From Candidatus Falkowbacteria bacterium (lineage in GTDB: Bacteria; Patescibacteriota; Patescibacteriia; Patescibacteriales; UBA12075), in the NCBI GenBank assembly GCA_003514005.1, contig DOSJ01000019.1, forward strand, positions 22,868 through 86,867: DNA of 64,000 bases, written 5' to 3'. Positions within the stretch are counted from its first letter, which is position 1. Each line of letters starts with the position of its first letter. Under the pieces are notes generated by a model, which did not search any database, was not told the DNA's origin, and was given only the letters and a program-made list of their open reading frames with translations. A program made the position numbers and the translations under genes. Shown in pieces: positions 9,225 to 17,530 of this stretch.

Positions 9225-9253
9225 TTGACATTATCTTGTTTTTGCGTAAAAAT
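9225..9253 (+). promoter_or_regulatory. candidate sigma70-type promoter
   Basis: TTGACA (9225-9230), then 16-17 nt, then TAAAAAT. Lies about 50 nt upstream of the GGAGGG-ATG at 9304. Confidence 0.45.
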
Positions 9254-9303
9254 AGAGTAAATTGCTCATAAAACAATAAAATAACTTAAATTTGGAGGGA
9301 AAA

Positions 9304-9705
9304 ATGATCATTTTATTAAAAGACAAAATACAAAGATTAATATTTGGAATAGTGGTATCTGCTTGTGTCTCGTTTGCTTTTTCAGTTTTTATAAATGCCA
9401 TATTGCTAGTAGCAGATTACATAAACAAAACAAATTCAAAAACAGGATTTACTTCTATTTTTCTAATCACATTTGGCATGCTCTGTATTATTTTATTCGT
9501 TGCATTCATTTGCAATTTCTTTTATTCATTATTTGAAATATACGAACTAAGTGAAAAATGGAATATTTCATCAAATGATATTGCCGACGGAATCTATAAT
9601 TACGAAATTCAAAATTATTGGATGTTGAACGTTAAGCAATTCCAAGATTTTCTAGAAGATGCTCGACGTAAAAACCGATTAAATAAAAATAGAGCATGCG
9701 GTTAA
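9304..9705 (+). CDS. hypothetical membrane protein (orphan unit)
   Basis: ATG 9304 is preceded by GGAGGG; the track start 9292 is TTG. Two or three hydrophobic helices; no family recognised. Confidence 0.55.
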   Translation: MIILLKDKIQRLIFGIVVSACVSFAFSVFINAILLVADYINKTNSKTGFTSIFLITFGMLCIILFVAFICNFFYSLFEIYELSEKWNISSNDIADGIYNYEIQNYWMLNVKQFQDFLEDARRKNRLNKNRACG

Positions 9706-9723
9706 AAACAACAAACACACAAC

Positions 9724-9757
9724 AAACCCGGAAAAAAATTCCGGGTTTATTTTTTTT
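9724..9757 (+). terminator. rho-independent terminator
   Basis: Stem aaacccggaa / ttccgggttt with an A5 loop, followed by a T8 run. Confidence 0.8.
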
Positions 9758-9766
9758 ACAATTAAT

Positions 9767-10573
9767 TCATAATTCAATCCCAACCGGACAATGATCCGAC
9801 CCAAGCACTTTATCCAAAATATACGCGCTTTTAATTTTTTTCATTAAACTATCTGATACGCAAAAATAATCAATCCGCCAACCAACATTATTTCGCCGTG
9901 CGCCGGCGCGATAGCTCCACCAGGAATATTGGATTTTATTCGGATTAAGTTCACGGAAAGTGTCTTTGAAACCGGAAACCAAAAACCTATTCATCCATTC
10001 ACGTTCACGCGGATGAAACCCCGGGTTGCCGATATTTTCTTTAGGCCGCGCCAAATCGATTTCATTATGCGCGACATTAAAATCGCCCGTAACAATTAAC
10101 GGTTTGGTTTTTTCCAATTTTTTAAAATATTTTAACAATTTATCATTAAAATCAATTTTAAAATCCAAGCGCGACAATTCATGATTAGCATTGGGAAAAT
10201 AAATATTGGCCAAATAAAATTTGCCGAGGTCGATTATCTGAACACGCCCTTCATTGTCCCAATCCAATCTATCCAAATCCACAACTTTATAACTTTCAAC
10301 TTTCAAACTTTTTACTTTGTTACTTTCAACTTTCAAACTTTTTACTAAAACCGCCGTCCCCGAATATCCCGGCCGCTGTGCCGAATTCCAAAAAATATCA
10401 TAACCGATTTTTTCTGGATGCAAAATCTCGTCCAACTCTTTCTTGCGCGCCACCTCAGAAATTTTAATCTCCTGCAAACACAAAACATCCGGCTCTTCTT
10501 TTTTCAAAAAACCGAGAAGATCTTTTTTAATTACAGCGCGCAGGCCGTTTATATTCCAAGAGATTATTTTCAT
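9767..10573 (-). CDS. xth: exodeoxyribonuclease III
   Basis: Motifs ISWNINGLRA, LCLQEIK, GYSGTAV and SDHCPV. ATG 10573 (MKIISWN) preferred over the TTG at 10582. Contains a 30-bp tandem duplication. Confidence 0.9.
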   Translation of the reverse strand: MKIISWNINGLRAVIKKDLLGFLKKEEPDVLCLQEIKISEVARKKELDEILHPEKIGYDIFWNSAQRPGYSGTAVLVKSLKVESNKVKSLKVESYKVVDLDRLDWDNEGRVQIIDLGKFYLANIYFPNANHELSRLDFKIDFNDKLLKYFKKLEKTKPLIVTGDFNVAHNEIDLARPKENIGNPGFHPREREWMNRFLVSGFKDTFRELNPNKIQYSWWSYRAGARRNNVGWRIDYFCVSDSLMKKIKSAYILDKVLGSDHCPVGIEL

Positions 10574-10618
10574 ATAATACAAATCTTAAATCGAAAATCT
10601 GAAATCGAAAATCGAAAA

Positions 10619-12337
10619 TCACCAACTCCCTCCCCCACCCCCACCAAATCCACCACCCGAGTCACCTCCGCTAAAACCACTTCCGCCAGACGATGCCGTA
10701 GACGCCATAATAGTATTAGTACTAGATTGAAAACCGCCCAAGCTATTTGTAAAAGCCAGCACGGAAAAATTTCCCATATTCGCATCGCTATACCAAGATG
10801 GATTTGTCTGATAAATATTTTCAAATTGCTTTGCCCAGGCCGCTTCAACACCCAATACCATCGCAAAAGGCAATAATTTTTCAAAAATTTGCGGATTTTT
10901 TTCTGGGGCATTGTGAAAATTAATTCTGTCCTTTTCCGCAATATTCAAATACGTTTTTAAGCCAAGGATATGCTCGCGCGCCAACACGCCTTTCTCTGAT
11001 TTTTTCGGCATAAAATTACCAAAAATCATAATAAGTAATCCTGATAACGCGAAACTAACATAACCGATTATTCCAAAAAATTGTCCAAATAAAAATCCCA
11101 AAAACACAATTACTATGCCAAATACAAAATATTTTATCCGGACAGAATTCGGATTGGAAAGAAAATAACCTTTTTCAACAACCGATTGATATACCTTTTT
11201 TGTTATTAATTGCAAATCTTTAAAAAACTTATTTTTTAAATCCGACAACTTGATTTTGTTGTCATTGCCAAATAAAGCCTGAACTAAAGTTTTTTGATAT
11301 TCGTTTAAACCGGCGCTTTCATTTTTCAATTTTGTTAATTCATAATCATCGGATTGTAAAATATTTTTTTCTTGGATTTTCTCAATTTTCAAATAACCGC
11401 GTACAGCCAAATTTATAATCTCGGCCGAAATATCTTTCTGCTGTGCCTTTTCGTCGACAATCGTTCCGATCTCGGCCGGACTTAAATTATCCGGCGCGTC
11501 GAATTGAGCGACAATAGTCCCTCGACCTTTTGGATCACGTCCATTTTTTTTCCATGAAATAAATAAAAAATAAAACACAAAAAACGGCAATAAAATAATA
11601 TAGTTATCTTTGGCAATCTCAAAAAACGTTTTGAATACTGATGGTTTTTTTACGACCCCTTTCGGCAGTCCGATAACAACGGTAACGCCCTCATGCGCGC
11701 GCAAACTGTCATCGGTAAATACCAGCTTGTCAACCATGTTTTCCGCGCTAAAATTCAAACGGCTGGAAACGCATTCTGCCGTACTGCCGGATACTCCAGT
11801 GTAGCAGATAGAGCGCAAAGATTCTTTGTTGACGCTTTCAGGCAAGGTTACCGTTGTCTTTGATCGGCTGATCGGCGTGATCCAGTTGTTGCCGGTCGCG
11901 TTCCAATAAAGCTCGTCATAATCGGCAAAATAATTGATAGCCCGTTCCACTTTATAGTGCAGTACGTATCGCATCGCTCCGGTAACAAAAACATCAGCAT
12001 CGCCAATCTTGAGACGCTTGTCATTGCCTTTGCTTTCAATCTTAAACTCAACCGCTTTTCCCTCGCCGTCTGTAACGGAAAAATCCGAATAGCGCAGTTT
12101 AAAATTCCCGCCATTATTTTTGTACTTGTACGGCAAATCGCGAAAGATGCCGTGCTTCTGTTCCGTACCAAAATCATAGGCAATGCTTTCGTCAACTTCA
12201 ATCGATGCGTCTTTGTTGATTTTGATATCTACTGTAAAATCATTAATCTGCTCCTCGGCAAATGCCGGCGATGCAAAAAATAAACAAGCTGATATTAATA
12301 GGCAAACTTGAATAAATATTTTTTTTATTTTTGACAT
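10619..12337 (-). CDS. DUF2207-type membrane protein
   Basis: 572 aa. Signal peptide, extracytoplasmic N-domain (KHGIFRDLP), TM helices and a Gly-rich tail SGGSGFSGGDSGGGFGGGGGGSW typical of DUF2207. Confidence 0.8.
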   Translation of the reverse strand: MSKIKKIFIQVCLLISACLFFASPAFAEEQINDFTVDIKINKDASIEVDESIAYDFGTEQKHGIFRDLPYKYKNNGGNFKLRYSDFSVTDGEGKAVEFKIESKGNDKRLKIGDADVFVTGAMRYVLHYKVERAINYFADYDELYWNATGNNWITPISRSKTTVTLPESVNKESLRSICYTGVSGSTAECVSSRLNFSAENMVDKLVFTDDSLRAHEGVTVVIGLPKGVVKKPSVFKTFFEIAKDNYIILLPFFVFYFLFISWKKNGRDPKGRGTIVAQFDAPDNLSPAEIGTIVDEKAQQKDISAEIINLAVRGYLKIEKIQEKNILQSDDYELTKLKNESAGLNEYQKTLVQALFGNDNKIKLSDLKNKFFKDLQLITKKVYQSVVEKGYFLSNPNSVRIKYFVFGIVIVFLGFLFGQFFGIIGYVSFALSGLLIMIFGNFMPKKSEKGVLAREHILGLKTYLNIAEKDRINFHNAPEKNPQIFEKLLPFAMVLGVEAAWAKQFENIYQTNPSWYSDANMGNFSVLAFTNSLGGFQSSTNTIMASTASSGGSGFSGGDSGGGFGGGGGGSW

Positions 12338-12380
12338 AGGGTATAATTTTTAATTTGTAATATAATATACTTAAAAATCT

Positions 12381-12520
12381 TTGTCATTCCCGCGTAGGCG
12401 GGAATCTTGGTGTCAAAATAACAAAATATTTCTACTATAAAGTTTGTTATAAAAACACCTTTTTAAATTTCTTGTTTGTTTATTCTATTACCGAGATTCC
12501 CGCTTTCGCGGGAATGACAA
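12381..12520. mobile_element. MITE-like element, GTCATTCCCGCG hairpin-end family (copy A)
   Basis: Ends ttgtcattcccgcgtaggcgggaatc (12381-12406) and gattcccgctttcgcgggaatgacaa (12495-12520) are inverted. Each end is itself an 8-bp hairpin. Interior is homologous to copy B at 30779-30913. Confidence 0.7.
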
Positions 12521-12527
12521 AAGACAC

Positions 12528-12668
12528 TCAATTCTTATCCTTAATAATTTTTTGTAGCCTCTTCACCCCCGCCCCGCTCACCTTCATCTTTAACTTCTTT
12601 TTCTTAATTCTTTTTTCCACTTTTTTAATAATCCGATCTTCTTCATTGTCCAAATTTTGTTTATTCAT
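12528..12668 (-). CDS. candidate 46-aa Lys-rich small protein
   Basis: ATG 12668 to TGA 12530-12528: MNKQNLDNEEDRIIKKVEKRIKKKKLKMKVSGAGVKRLQKIIKDKN. Sits behind a good promoter; below the track size cut-off; no homology recognised. Confidence 0.3.
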   Translation of the reverse strand: MNKQNLDNEEDRIIKKVEKRIKKKKLKMKVSGAGVKRLQKIIKDKN

Positions 12669-12696
12669 AAAAAAATGTTATAATATACTCATATAT

Positions 12697-12725
12697 ATAA
12701 TACTTTAATTCCCAAAATTTTTCAA
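12697..12725 (-). promoter_or_regulatory. candidate sigma70-type promoter
   Basis: On the minus strand: TTGAAA (12725-12720), 17 nt, TATTAT (12702-12697). Confidence 0.45.
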
Positions 12726-13405
12726 TGAACAATCCCTTAAAACCCTGGTATAAAAAATGGTGGGGCGTATTGGCATTATTAGCGCTTTTGTTTTTTATAA
12801 GCATATTTTTTGCTTTTGTTTTTTTGGTTATCAATTCCCGTGATACTGCGCCTAGCTCTGGCATCAATCCTTTGTTAACGCAAAAAGTTCCGGCGCTGGC
12901 GATCGGTACGGAAAAAAACTATTGGCTCGGAAGCGCAAATCCAAAAATTACGATTGTCGAGTTTGGCGATTTTGCCTGTTCCTACTGTCAAAAATCGTTT
13001 TCCAAAATCCGAGAAATCAGCCAATTATACAAAAACGATATCAAATACATTTACCGCGACTATCCTGTCGTATCCGATTATTCCGCCAAGCTGGCCTTGG
13101 CCGCGCGCTGTGCCGGCGAACAAGGACTTTTTTGGATAATGCATGACAAGTTGTACATCAACCAAGGCATTAGTACGGATCAAGAAATATTAAATCATTT
13201 CAAACAAACCGGAGGCAATGAAGCAAAATTTTCCACCTGTTACGACGCAAACAAATATCTTCCCGAAATCGAAAAAGACTTGAGCGACGGACAATCTCTT
13301 AACATCACCGGCACGCCGACGTGGTTTGTGAATGGACAGAGGCTCGAGGGAGATGTGCCGTATGAGTATTTTATTAACCTAATTTCTAACATATTAGGTA
13401 CTTAG
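12725..13405 (+). CDS. DsbA/thioredoxin-fold thiol:disulfide oxidoreductase, membrane-anchored
   Basis: 226 aa with an N-terminal TM helix. CxxC active site in FGDFACSYCQ and a DsbA-like C-terminal part (ITGTPTWFVNG). Confidence 0.75.
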   Translation: MNNPLKPWYKKWWGVLALLALLFFISIFFAFVFLVINSRDTAPSSGINPLLTQKVPALAIGTEKNYWLGSANPKITIVEFGDFACSYCQKSFSKIREISQLYKNDIKYIYRDYPVVSDYSAKLALAARCAGEQGLFWIMHDKLYINQGISTDQEILNHFKQTGGNEAKFSTCYDANKYLPEIEKDLSDGQSLNITGTPTWFVNGQRLEGDVPYEYFINLISNILGT

Positions 13406-13488
13406 GTGCTTGGGTACTTAGGGGTTTGGTTTATTACAATTTTACCTCAACCCTAAGCACCCAAGCACCTAAGTACCTAAGTACCTAA
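13394..13488. repeat. intergenic hairpin, CCTAAGTA word family
   Basis: ttaggtacttaggtgcttgggtacttagggg vs ccctaagcacccaagcacctaagtacctaa: about 30 bp with 1 mismatch. Left arm contains the dsbA-like stop; right arm ends 4 nt before the porG ATG. Confidence 0.75.
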
Positions 13489-13491
13489 CAA

Positions 13492-14034
13492 ATGAAACAA
13501 ATTCGCATACACGGCCGCGGCGGCCAAGGCGTAGTTACGGCAGCGGAACTTATCGCCATCGCCGCATTTAACAACAACAAAGAAGCGCAGGCCTTTCCGT
13601 CTTTTGGCGTAGAGCGCACTGGCGCACCGATCGAGGCATTCGCGCGCATTGACGACAAACCGATTCGTACGCGCGAGCATGTATACCATCCGGATATTTT
13701 GATTGTCCAAGACGCTTCAGTCATGGCCGCTGTTGATGTTGCCAAGGGCTGTGATGAAAAAACAATCGTAATCATCAACACTTCCCTTTCCAAAGACGCG
13801 ATTAAGCTTAATTTACCAAAAGAAAATATTTTCCCGATCGATGCCACAAAAATTGCTTTGGAAATTCTTGGCAAAAATATCGTCAACACAATTATCCTCG
13901 GCGCCGTCGCCAAATCGACTAACCTTTTTACAATGGACGCTGTCAAAAAAGCCATCAAACAAAAGTTTGGCGGCAAGAGCCAGGAGTTGGTTGATAAGAA
14001 TATTAAGGCGGTGGAGCTGGCCTATAACATGTAA
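13492..14034 (+). CDS. porG: 2-oxoacid (pyruvate):ferredoxin oxidoreductase gamma subunit
   Basis: 180 aa. The N-terminus IRIHGRGGQGVVTAAELIA is typical of POR/VOR gamma subunits. Confidence 0.85.
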   Translation: MKQIRIHGRGGQGVVTAAELIAIAAFNNNKEAQAFPSFGVERTGAPIEAFARIDDKPIRTREHVYHPDILIVQDASVMAAVDVAKGCDEKTIVIINTSLSKDAIKLNLPKENIFPIDATKIALEILGKNIVNTIILGAVAKSTNLFTMDAVKKAIKQKFGGKSQELVDKNIKAVELAYNM

Positions 14035-14060
14035 ACCCTATTTTTGATTAATAGAACAAA

Positions 14061-14128
14061 GTTAATTAGTTGATTAGTTAATTAGGGTATAAATATTTAC
14101 ATCCTAATTAACTAATCAACTAATTAAC
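14061..14128. repeat. hairpin between porG and porD, TTAATTAG word family
   Basis: gttaattagttgattagttaattagg (14061-14086) is the exact reverse complement of cctaattaactaatcaactaattaac (14103-14128). Confidence 0.8.
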
Positions 14129-14144
14129 TAATTAACTAACAAAT

Positions 14145-14402
14145 ATGAACATAACCGCAAACCCCCAATCAACCCCAATCAACAAAACCGGCGGCTGGCG
14201 CACATACATCCCGGCAACCGACTATAACAAATGCATCGGCTGTGGCCGTTGTGCCAAAGTCTGCCCGGAAAACGCGATCAAAATGGTCGCAAAAAACGGT
14301 AAACAAATTCCGATTACAAATTTTGATTTCTGCAAAGGCTGCGGTCTGTGCGCGCTGGAGTGTCCGGTGAAGGCGATTGAGATGAAGCTTGATGTGAAAT
14401 AA
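14145..14402 (+). CDS. porD: 2-oxoacid:ferredoxin oxidoreductase delta subunit (2x[4Fe-4S] ferredoxin)
   Basis: 85 aa with two CxxCxxCxxxCP clusters (CIGCGRCAKVCP, CKGCGLCALECP). Confidence 0.85.
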   Translation: MNITANPQSTPINKTGGWRTYIPATDYNKCIGCGRCAKVCPENAIKMVAKNGKQIPITNFDFCKGCGLCALECPVKAIEMKLDVK

Positions 14403-14408
14403 AGCTGT

Positions 14409-14902
14409 CTTTTTTGTCATCTCGACCGAGCGAAGCGAGCGGAGAGATCTATAATACATCAATAAAGCACGCGCAATGTTCAATAAAAAAAGTTATAATT
14501 TCTATATTTACATTTTAAGCAATTACGACCGCAACTGTCTATACGTTGGATTTTGCAACGATATCGCCAGAAGAATTATCGAACACACACATAGCTTCGG
14601 ATGCGAATACTCAAAAAAGTACAAAACCTTTGATTTATTATATTATGAACATTATCAATATGTTAACGAAGCAATAGCCAGAGAGAAACAAATCAAAAGA
14701 TGGGGAAGAGATAAAAAAATAGCTTTAATAAAAACTAAAAATCCGGAATTAAAAAAATTAACCAAAAATTATTCAATGATTTTAGACTTTCTGAAAAAGA
14801 TATCTCTGAAATAGCTGATATTTTAAAAGAAAAATATTCAGCTAGGGATTAAAGTATTACAGATCTCTCCACTCGCTTCGCTCGGTCGAGATGACAAAAA
14901 AG
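14409..14902. mobile_element. GIY-YIG ORF bracketed by 42-bp terminal inverted repeats (element E)
   Basis: cttttttgtcatctcgaccgagcgaagcgagcggagagatct (14409-14450) matches the reverse complement of 14861-14902 at 41/42 positions. Inserted between porD and porA. Confidence 0.7.
14476..14814 (+). CDS. GIY-YIG nuclease family protein (small stand-alone URI/COG2827 type)
   Basis: 112 aa with NFYIYIL..LYVGFCNDIARRIIEH..YYE...AIAREKQIKRW.RDKK. About 45 percent identical by eye to ORF 16292-16594. Confidence 0.85.
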   Translation: MFNKKSYNFYIYILSNYDRNCLYVGFCNDIARRIIEHTHSFGCEYSKKYKTFDLLYYEHYQYVNEAIAREKQIKRWGRDKKIALIKTKNPELKKLTKNYSMILDFLKKISLK

Positions 14903-14950
14903 AGAAATAATTATTTTAAAATAATCATAATTCAATAAACAACAAATAAC

Positions 14951-16168
14951 ATGTCAACTAATAAATCTAATAGACAAATACTCGAGGGCTCACAGGCCAT
15001 CGCCCAACTAATCAATAACATCAAACCCGGCGTCGTATCCGCTTATCCAATCACTCCACAAACACATATCGTCGAAAACTTGGCAAAGTTCAAAGCCGAT
15101 GGCAAGGCGAAGTATGAATACGTCCGCGCCGAAAGCGAATTTGCTGCCGCTTCGATTGTTCTGGGTGCAAGCGCTACCGGTCTGCGTGTTTATACGGCCA
15201 CAAGCTCGCAAGGACTTTTGCTTATGAACGAAGTGGTATACAACATTGCCGGTATGCGTTTGCCTGTCGTTATGACAGTCGCAAACCGTGGCGTATCTGC
15301 GCCGATTACTATTTGGAACGACCACCAAGACGCTATGTCTGTTCGCGATGCCGGCTGGATTATGCTATTTGCCGAGAATCATCAGGAAGCGATTGAGCAA
15401 CATCTCTTAGCATACAAGATTGCGGAAAAGAAAAAAATTCCGGTCATGGTCAATATCGATGGTTTTGTTCTTACTCATACTTACGAAGGCGTGGAAGTGC
15501 CTTCATCAACAGAAATAAAAAAATTCTTACCTGACTATAAACCAAAAGCCGGTGAATATCTTGACACAGCACACCCCCGAACCTTTGGCGCCTTTGCCGC
15601 TCCGGCGCACTATATGGAGATTCGTCATGAGTTGCACGAGGACTTGCGCAATTGTCAATCGGAAATTTTGGAAGAATATGAAAGCTTAAAAAAACTGGTT
15701 CCAAACGCCATCAAACAAACGGAAAAAAACGCGCAGATAAATAATGGCTTGGTTGAATATTATGGACCAAAAAATCCCAAAATTGTTCTGGTCGCAATGG
15801 GTTCGCTAATCGGCACCATCAAAGACGCAGTTGACAAGCTCAATATCAAAAGCCATGTCAAACACTATGTCTCCCCCACCTCTGTCGGTGTTTTGAAAAT
15901 AAAAACCTTCCGTCCCTTCCCGGATAAAGCGATTGTAGATATTTTAAAAAACGCCAAATACTGCGCCGTTATCGAAAAGGCTGTTTCCCTTGGCGCTACC
16001 GACGGTCCTTTGGCTATAGATATTAAATCAGCCGCAAAAAACAGCATCAAAACCAAAATCCAAAGCTACGTTGTTGGCCTAGGTGGACGCGATATCACGC
16101 AGGACAGAATCGCAAGGATCGTTGTCGATGTGCAAAAAAAGGATGATCGGATGAAGTTTGTGGGATAA
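14951..16168 (+). CDS. porA: 2-oxoacid:ferredoxin oxidoreductase alpha subunit
   Basis: 405 aa. ILEGSQAIAQ..SAYPITPQT..ESEFAA..GA..TATSSQGLLLM is typical of POR alpha. Confidence 0.85.
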   Translation: MSTNKSNRQILEGSQAIAQLINNIKPGVVSAYPITPQTHIVENLAKFKADGKAKYEYVRAESEFAAASIVLGASATGLRVYTATSSQGLLLMNEVVYNIAGMRLPVVMTVANRGVSAPITIWNDHQDAMSVRDAGWIMLFAENHQEAIEQHLLAYKIAEKKKIPVMVNIDGFVLTHTYEGVEVPSSTEIKKFLPDYKPKAGEYLDTAHPRTFGAFAAPAHYMEIRHELHEDLRNCQSEILEEYESLKKLVPNAIKQTEKNAQINNGLVEYYGPKNPKIVLVAMGSLIGTIKDAVDKLNIKSHVKHYVSPTSVGVLKIKTFRPFPDKAIVDILKNAKYCAVIEKAVSLGATDGPLAIDIKSAAKNSIKTKIQSYVVGLGGRDITQDRIARIVVDVQKKDDRMKFVG

Positions 16169-16203
16169 TATACTTTTTACCCCAATGGAAAAAATATTTT
16201 CTT

Positions 16204-16707
16204 TTGTCATTTCGCAGCGAAGCGGAGAAATCCCTTATCCATGAATAATCCTCCTATTAGTTTTTTTAGCAAATACTAAAAAAACCATATTATGGCTACA
16301 AAGAAAGAATATAATTTTTATATCTACATATTGGCAAGCGACACAGGAACGTTATATATCGGTTTTACAAATAATCTTGAAAGACGAATCAAAGAACATA
16401 AAAGTGGAATAATAAAAGGATTCACTCAAAAATATGGTTGCAATAAATTAGTATATTATGAACATTATACTTATGTAAACAATACGCTTGAACGTGAAAA
16501 AGAATTGAAAAAATGGAATAGAAATAAAAAGCAAGATTTAATAAAATCAATGAATCCACACTGGAAAGATATTTCAATCGAATTGTTTACATAATTTTTT
16601 GTCATTCCGTAGCAAGATGAGAAAACCTTTAAACAAGAATTGCGTACAAAATGATCAATTCATTATCAACCGTTAAGGGATCTCTCCGCTTCGCTACGAG
16701 ATGACAA
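16204..16707. mobile_element. GIY-YIG ORF with 34-bp inverted ends plus nested miniature copy (element F)
   Basis: Left end ttgtcatttcgcagcgaagcggagaaatccctta (16204-16237) vs right end 16674-16707: 31/34 as reverse complement. An extra left-end-like copy lies at 16599-16631, just after the ORF stop. Confidence 0.65.
16292..16594 (+). CDS. GIY-YIG nuclease family protein (URI/COG2827 type)
   Basis: 100 aa with NFYIYILAS..GTLYIGFTNNLERRIKEHK..YYE...LEREKELKKWNRNKK..NPHWKD. Confidence 0.85.
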   Translation: MATKKEYNFYIYILASDTGTLYIGFTNNLERRIKEHKSGIIKGFTQKYGCNKLVYYEHYTYVNNTLEREKELKKWNRNKKQDLIKSMNPHWKDISIELFT

Positions 16708-16727
16708 AAACAATTACAGAATAAAAA

Positions 16728-17528
16728 ATGAAAACCAAACTCAAAAAACTAATCTCCCTAATCCTATTCACCCAGATTTTCCTCTGTATATTTTTGCTTT
16801 TCCCAAACCCATCAAACGCTGCCGATTCCTACACATTCAAAATCCCGATTCCCGGCTTTGAATCTGTTAAATTCGACGGCACAACCCGCCCGATTGCCGA
16901 ATTTATTCAAGCCGTTTACAAATACGCCATCGGCATCGTCGCCATCCTTGCCACAGTAGTAATAATGATCGGTGGCGTTGTCTGGATAACAGCAGCCGGC
17001 GACTCCGGCCGCATCGGCGAAGCTAAACAATATATTACCGGTGCCATGACCGGTTTGGTTTTAGCGCTTTGTTCATTTATGATATTGCAGACTGTGAATC
17101 CAGATTTGGTTACGTTTAAGCCGATTGGTGTAAAAACGGTAGACCCAATACCTTCCTCTTTATTATCAGACGACTCCTGTACTTCTCAATTTGGTACTTG
17201 GATTGGGGTATCAAACCAACATGACGAAAACGCAGCCAAAATCAATTGTAACTTAATTTGTGACAACAATTATAGTGAGTTAACTGAATACTCTTCTGGA
17301 TTTAAATATTGTTGTAAATGTGCTGTTTCATTAACTCAAAATCTAACTGGAAATCCTGATGACATTGGTTGTTGCGCATATTTTGACTTAACAAGCTTAA
17401 ACTGTTCTGGCCCTCATACGAATGTGACAAGACAATGGTGTAATGCAAATATACCTAATTCAAATTTTCAACCAGGCTTTAGCACAACGCTAACAACATG
17501 CGATTGTAATTTAATGAATTATAAATAA
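16728..17528 (+). CDS. TrbC/VirB2-like two-TM pilin-type protein with Cys-rich C-terminal domain
   Basis: 266 aa. Signal peptide, then a conserved hairpin module AIGIVAILATVVIMIGGVVWITAAGDSGRIGEAKQYITGA..VNPDLV (nt 16899-17132), then a 15-Cys tail. Family assignment is from memory of CPR T4SS-pilin-like proteins. Confidence 0.5.
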   Translation: MKTKLKKLISLILFTQIFLCIFLLFPNPSNAADSYTFKIPIPGFESVKFDGTTRPIAEFIQAVYKYAIGIVAILATVVIMIGGVVWITAAGDSGRIGEAKQYITGAMTGLVLALCSFMILQTVNPDLVTFKPIGVKTVDPIPSSLLSDDSCTSQFGTWIGVSNQHDENAAKINCNLICDNNYSELTEYSSGFKYCCKCAVSLTQNLTGNPDDIGCCAYFDLTSLNCSGPHTNVTRQWCNANIPNSNFQPGFSTTLTTCDCNLMNYK

Positions 17529-17530
17529 TT

